Origin: Nitrospirae bacterium JdFR-81
GTDB lineage: Bacteria > Nitrospirota > Thermodesulfovibrionia > UBA6902
Assembly (NCBI GenBank): GCA_002011735.1
Contig: MTOQ01000012.1
Coordinates: 2,259-66,258, forward strand
Length of the DNA: 64,000 bases
Direction of reading: 5' to 3'
The translations under genes were made by a program, and so were the position numbers. This document shows positions 60,563 through 64,000 of this stretch, piece after piece; within the stretch, counting starts at the first letter, position 1, and each line of letters begins with the position of its first letter. Under the pieces are notes generated by a model, which was given only the letters and a program-made list of their open reading frames with translations, searched no databases and was not told the origin of the DNA.

Positions 60563-62032
60563 TCATCTTCCAGAGAGTGTCAGGTAGAATGTCGAGCCAT
60601 CCCTGTATATAAGTAACAATACCGTATCGCCCTGCCTTATCCTGGAGGCCACCTTCTGGAAGTCCTTTGTGTTCTTTATCCTCTTCCTGTTGATCTCCAT
60701 TATCACATCGTCCTTCCTCAATATCCCCCTTGCAGGACTGTCCTCTGTGACATGGGTCACCACAACACCCCTTATCCTGCCCGGTATATCAAGCCTCTGC
60801 CTCACCTCATGGGTTATATCCTGCACATAGACGCCCTTGAAGATATTCTCGAAAGTCCCTGGCAGCTGCTGCATCTCTGTGGGTAGCTCTGCGATCTTCA
60901 CCTTCAATACCACTGGCTTGCCATCACGGATCACCTTCACCTCAACCTCTGTATCAGGTGGTGTGCTGGCCACCATATTCTTCAGGTGGTCAGGGTCTCT
61001 AACCTCTTTGCCATTGTATTCAACGATGATATCACCCCTCTTTATACCCGCCTCCTCTGCAGGGCTGTCCTGCACCACATCCCCAACAAGCGCGCCCTTC
61101 TCCTCTTTGAGCTTGAAGTATTCGGCGATCTCATGCGTCACAGGCTGTATCACCACCCCGAGCCAGCCTCTTATGACCTTACCTTCCTTTATGAGGCTCT
61201 CCATCACCACCTTCGCCATATTGCTCGGGATGGCAAAGCCTATGCCCTGATACCCGCCTGATGTGCTGAAGATCGCTGTATTGATCCCCACAAGCTCTCC
61301 TTTTATATTCACCAGGGCACCACCTGAATTGCCCGGGTTGATAGGTGCATCTGTCTGGATGAAGTCCTCGTAGTCAGCGATACCGACATTCGCCCTCCCC
61401 TTCGCACTCACAATACCGGCCGTAACGGTCTGGCTCAGCCCGTAGGGGTTACCAATGGCTATAACGGTCTCTCCAACCTGGAGCTTGTCAGAGTCTCCTA
61501 TCTTTATGGCAGGGAGGTTCTTTGCATCGATCTTTATCACTGCGAGGTCTGTCTTTGGGTCTGTGCCTATGATCTTACCCACAAACTCCCTCTTGTCAGC
61601 AAGTCTCACCTTTATCTCATCGGCATCCTTCACAACATGGTTGTTGGTCAGGATATACCCGTCCTCGGTCACTATCACCCCTGAACCAAGACCTGACTGT
61701 TTATACTCCCTCGGCCTGCTGAAGAAGCCGAACTCATCGCCAAAGAACCTCCTGAAGAAGGGGTCCTCAAAGAATGGAGAACCAAAACCAGGAACCCTTA
61801 TCGTCTTTGTGGATGATATATTGACAACCGAGGGCTTTACAGCAGCCACCACCTCTGCCATTGCCTGGTTCGTCCTGCTCAGGATGTCAACCGCCTCCTC
61901 TGAGATCGAGGGAGGCCGTGGATCTGTATATCCCTCGGGTGTGAGGTCAAACCTGAATGAGATGCCAAGACCCAGGATAATGCCTATGAGGATAAGGACC
62001 GATGCGTAGACTGCCTTTCTGCTGACCCTCAT
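60563..62032 (-). CDS. htrA: Periplasmic serine endoprotease DegP/HtrA (trypsin-like domain plus 2 PDZ domains)
   Basis: N-terminal TM/signal segment, catalytic His/Asp/Ser with GNSGGALVN, and two PDZ domains. 489 aa. Confidence 0.85.
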   Translation of the reverse strand: MRVSRKAVYASVLILIGIILGLGISFRFDLTPEGYTDPRPPSISEEAVDILSRTNQAMAEVVAAVKPSVVNISSTKTIRVPGFGSPFFEDPFFRRFFGDEFGFFSRPREYKQSGLGSGVIVTEDGYILTNNHVVKDADEIKVRLADKREFVGKIIGTDPKTDLAVIKIDAKNLPAIKIGDSDKLQVGETVIAIGNPYGLSQTVTAGIVSAKGRANVGIADYEDFIQTDAPINPGNSGGALVNIKGELVGINTAIFSTSGGYQGIGFAIPSNMAKVVMESLIKEGKVIRGWLGVVIQPVTHEIAEYFKLKEEKGALVGDVVQDSPAEEAGIKRGDIIVEYNGKEVRDPDHLKNMVASTPPDTEVEVKVIRDGKPVVLKVKIAELPTEMQQLPGTFENIFKGVYVQDITHEVRQRLDIPGRIRGVVVTHVTEDSPARGILRKDDVIMEINRKRIKNTKDFQKVASRIRQGDTVLLLIYRDGSTFYLTLSGR

Positions 62033-62125
62033 GACCCCTCTCTCCTTCTTTAATTTATCGTGATGCGAATCCCTGACGGGTTAACCATTTTTAATAATAC
62101 AACAATATATCCTGTTATTCAAATA

Positions 62126-63961
62126 TCACTTCTCTATCACAACACTCACATCATCAGGCTTGCCCAGTATCTCCACCGTCACATCATCCCCATATCGCCT
62201 CAGCAGGAGATCAAGCTCCCTGCCAGGCGTCACCTTGAGATTTCTGATGTGGATATGATTCAAGAACTCAGGGAGGATCGGCTGTCTGAAGATCACCCTC
62301 TTCATGTCTGCCTCGAAGGACAGACCAAGTGATGCCTGGAGCATGAGGATGAGGGAGCCTGAGGCCCATGTCTGTGGAGAGCAGGCGGCAGGATACAGTG
62401 TAGGAGGCATGCCCTTCCGCCTGTGAAAACCGCAGAATAGCTCGGGCAACCTCTGAAACTCCATAAATAAAGAGGCATCAAACACCGCCGAGAAGACCCT
62501 GAGCATCTCCCTCTTGAAGCCATATGAGGCAAGGCCACAGGCTATAATGGCATTGTCATGGGGCCATATGGATCCATTATGGTATGACATCGGATTGTAA
62601 CGGACCTCATCGGTCGCTATGGTCCTTATGCCCCATCCTGAAAAGAGGCCATCTGACATCAATGTCTGCGCAAGCCTCTTGGCCCTCTCTGTCTTTGCAA
62701 TACCTGTAAACAGGGCGTGCCCTGCTGTGGAGCCCACGACCCTGCAGGGCCTCTTCTGACCATCAAGGGCAAGGACATAACTGCCCAGCCCCTCGTCCCA
62801 GAAGTATCTGTCAAACCTCTCCTTCAGGTCCTCTGCCTCCCTGAATAGCCTGTGTGCCATCTCCTCCATGCCAAGCCTGCCTGCCAGCTCACCTATCCCC
62901 CTCTTCGCTGCATATACATATGCCTGGACCTCACAAAGGGCGATGCCCCCCTTTACAAGTGAGCCATCCTTATGGAAGACCGCATCCCAGGAGTCCCTCC
63001 ACCCCTGGTTTACGAGACCATCCTCATCAGGGACATACTCGACAAAGCCATCGCTGTCTACATCTCCATATCTATCAATCCATGCAAGGGCCTCCTCTAT
63101 ATTCCTCCAGATATGGTTTATGAAGTCGATGTCTCCTGTCCTCTTCCAGTATTCACTTGCAAGGATCAGAAAGAGTGGTGTGGCATCGACACTCCCGTAA
63201 TATACCCTGAAGGGTATCTCACCAAGGTTCGCCATCTCCCCCCTCCTCATCTCATGCACTATCTTGCCAGGCTCCTCAAGCCTCTCCCTGTCGACCTTCC
63301 TGCCCTGATGTCTGGCAAGGTATCTCAGGACATCCCTTGCCATGGATGGATTGACCCAGAGGAATTCAAGTGCGGTGATTATACCATCCCTGCCAAACGG
63401 GGTGGAATACCACGGGACCCCTCCATAGGGGTATACCCCGTTGCCGGTATTTGTGAGCATCATATTCATATCAGATATACCCCTCTTAATGGATTCATTG
63501 AACTGCTCGTTTGAGGTATAGATATATGCACACTCCTTCTTCTCCCTGGCCCTCCTCTTCTGCATCATTGAGAGGGATGACTCAAAATCCGTATCGCCCC
63601 TCTGTCCCCTACCCTCAATACATGTAATCCTGAAATAGATCTCCTCAACCGAATCAGGCCCGAGCCTCATGTTGAATATCATCGTCTTATCTCTGACAGC
63701 AGCAGGCCTCCTGCTGGATGTGATGGACGTCATCCTCTTTATCCCGTCAAGCCCTTCATATACAAACCTCATTCCCCTCCTGCCATACTCGGGCTCATGC
63801 ACCATGCCCCTCTTCCTCCTCTTCACACCCCTGACCTCAAATATATCCATAAAGTCTGCATCCATGAATACCTCGAGCCTAAGCTCGGCAGCCTCCTCAC
63901 TGAAGTTCTTTATCCTCAGATACTCATGACAGTGATTCGCATATATCACCTTTGAACGCAT
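62126..63961 (-). CDS. Amylo-alpha-1,6-glucosidase / glycogen-debranching-enzyme-like (alpha/alpha)6-barrel glycoside hydrolase
   Basis: 611 aa with a GDE_C-like region (GGVPWYSTPFGRDGIITALE, WHDNAIIACGL). The listed start at 63961 is the first ATG. The frame may continue toward the window edge, so the N-terminus is uncertain. Confidence 0.6.
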   Translation of the reverse strand: MRSKVIYANHCHEYLRIKNFSEEAAELRLEVFMDADFMDIFEVRGVKRRKRGMVHEPEYGRRGMRFVYEGLDGIKRMTSITSSRRPAAVRDKTMIFNMRLGPDSVEEIYFRITCIEGRGQRGDTDFESSLSMMQKRRAREKKECAYIYTSNEQFNESIKRGISDMNMMLTNTGNGVYPYGGVPWYSTPFGRDGIITALEFLWVNPSMARDVLRYLARHQGRKVDRERLEEPGKIVHEMRRGEMANLGEIPFRVYYGSVDATPLFLILASEYWKRTGDIDFINHIWRNIEEALAWIDRYGDVDSDGFVEYVPDEDGLVNQGWRDSWDAVFHKDGSLVKGGIALCEVQAYVYAAKRGIGELAGRLGMEEMAHRLFREAEDLKERFDRYFWDEGLGSYVLALDGQKRPCRVVGSTAGHALFTGIAKTERAKRLAQTLMSDGLFSGWGIRTIATDEVRYNPMSYHNGSIWPHDNAIIACGLASYGFKREMLRVFSAVFDASLFMEFQRLPELFCGFHRRKGMPPTLYPAACSPQTWASGSLILMLQASLGLSFEADMKRVIFRQPILPEFLNHIHIRNLKVTPGRELDLLLRRYGDDVTVEILGKPDDVSVVIEK

Positions 63962-64000
63962 TATGTGGAGGGAGGACCTCCTGACGGTGCCGTTGCCCTG

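Overview
This 64 kb window is a mostly housekeeping chromosomal segment from a dissimilatory sulfate-reducing prokaryote, at roughly 50% GC by eye, with frequent AGG/AGA Arg codons and strong GGAGG ribosome-binding sites. Gene content resembles thermophilic Nitrospirae-, Thermodesulfobacteria- or deltaproteobacteria-type sulfate reducers, but the lineage cannot be assigned from sequence alone.

The left 11 kb carries the complete sulfate-activation and APS-reduction module on the minus strand: hppA, qmoC, qmoB, qmoA, aprA, aprB, a 98-aa ORF, sat and adk.

The rest is core metabolism and information processing: aspS, rluB-like, guaA, guaB, surA-like, purB, nusB, ribH, ribBA, ribE, lepB, lepA, mnmG, rsmA, addBA, uvrB, trxB, ispA, dxs and polA. 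Several signalling and accessory genes are interspersed, and these are the most interesting part of the window:
- an orphan coiled-coil protein with a PD-(D/E)xK-like C-terminal domain and perfect tandem repeats;
- an MFS transporter split by two frameshifts;
- a Crp/Fnr regulator divergent from a sensor diguanylate cyclase;
- a HEAT-repeat protein paired with an HD-GYP phosphodiesterase that seems to share its N-terminal domain;
- a PilZ/J-domain/TPR fusion protein;
- a highly repetitive exported TPR protein;
- a minimal diadenylate cyclase downstream of htrA;
- a DRG-like GTPase.

I found no rRNA, tRNA, CRISPR array, transposase or integrase. The ORF track labels GTG and TTG starts as M, so I moved several starts to in-frame ATGs that have a GGAGG site upstream. 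All functional calls rest on motif recognition by eye, without database searches.
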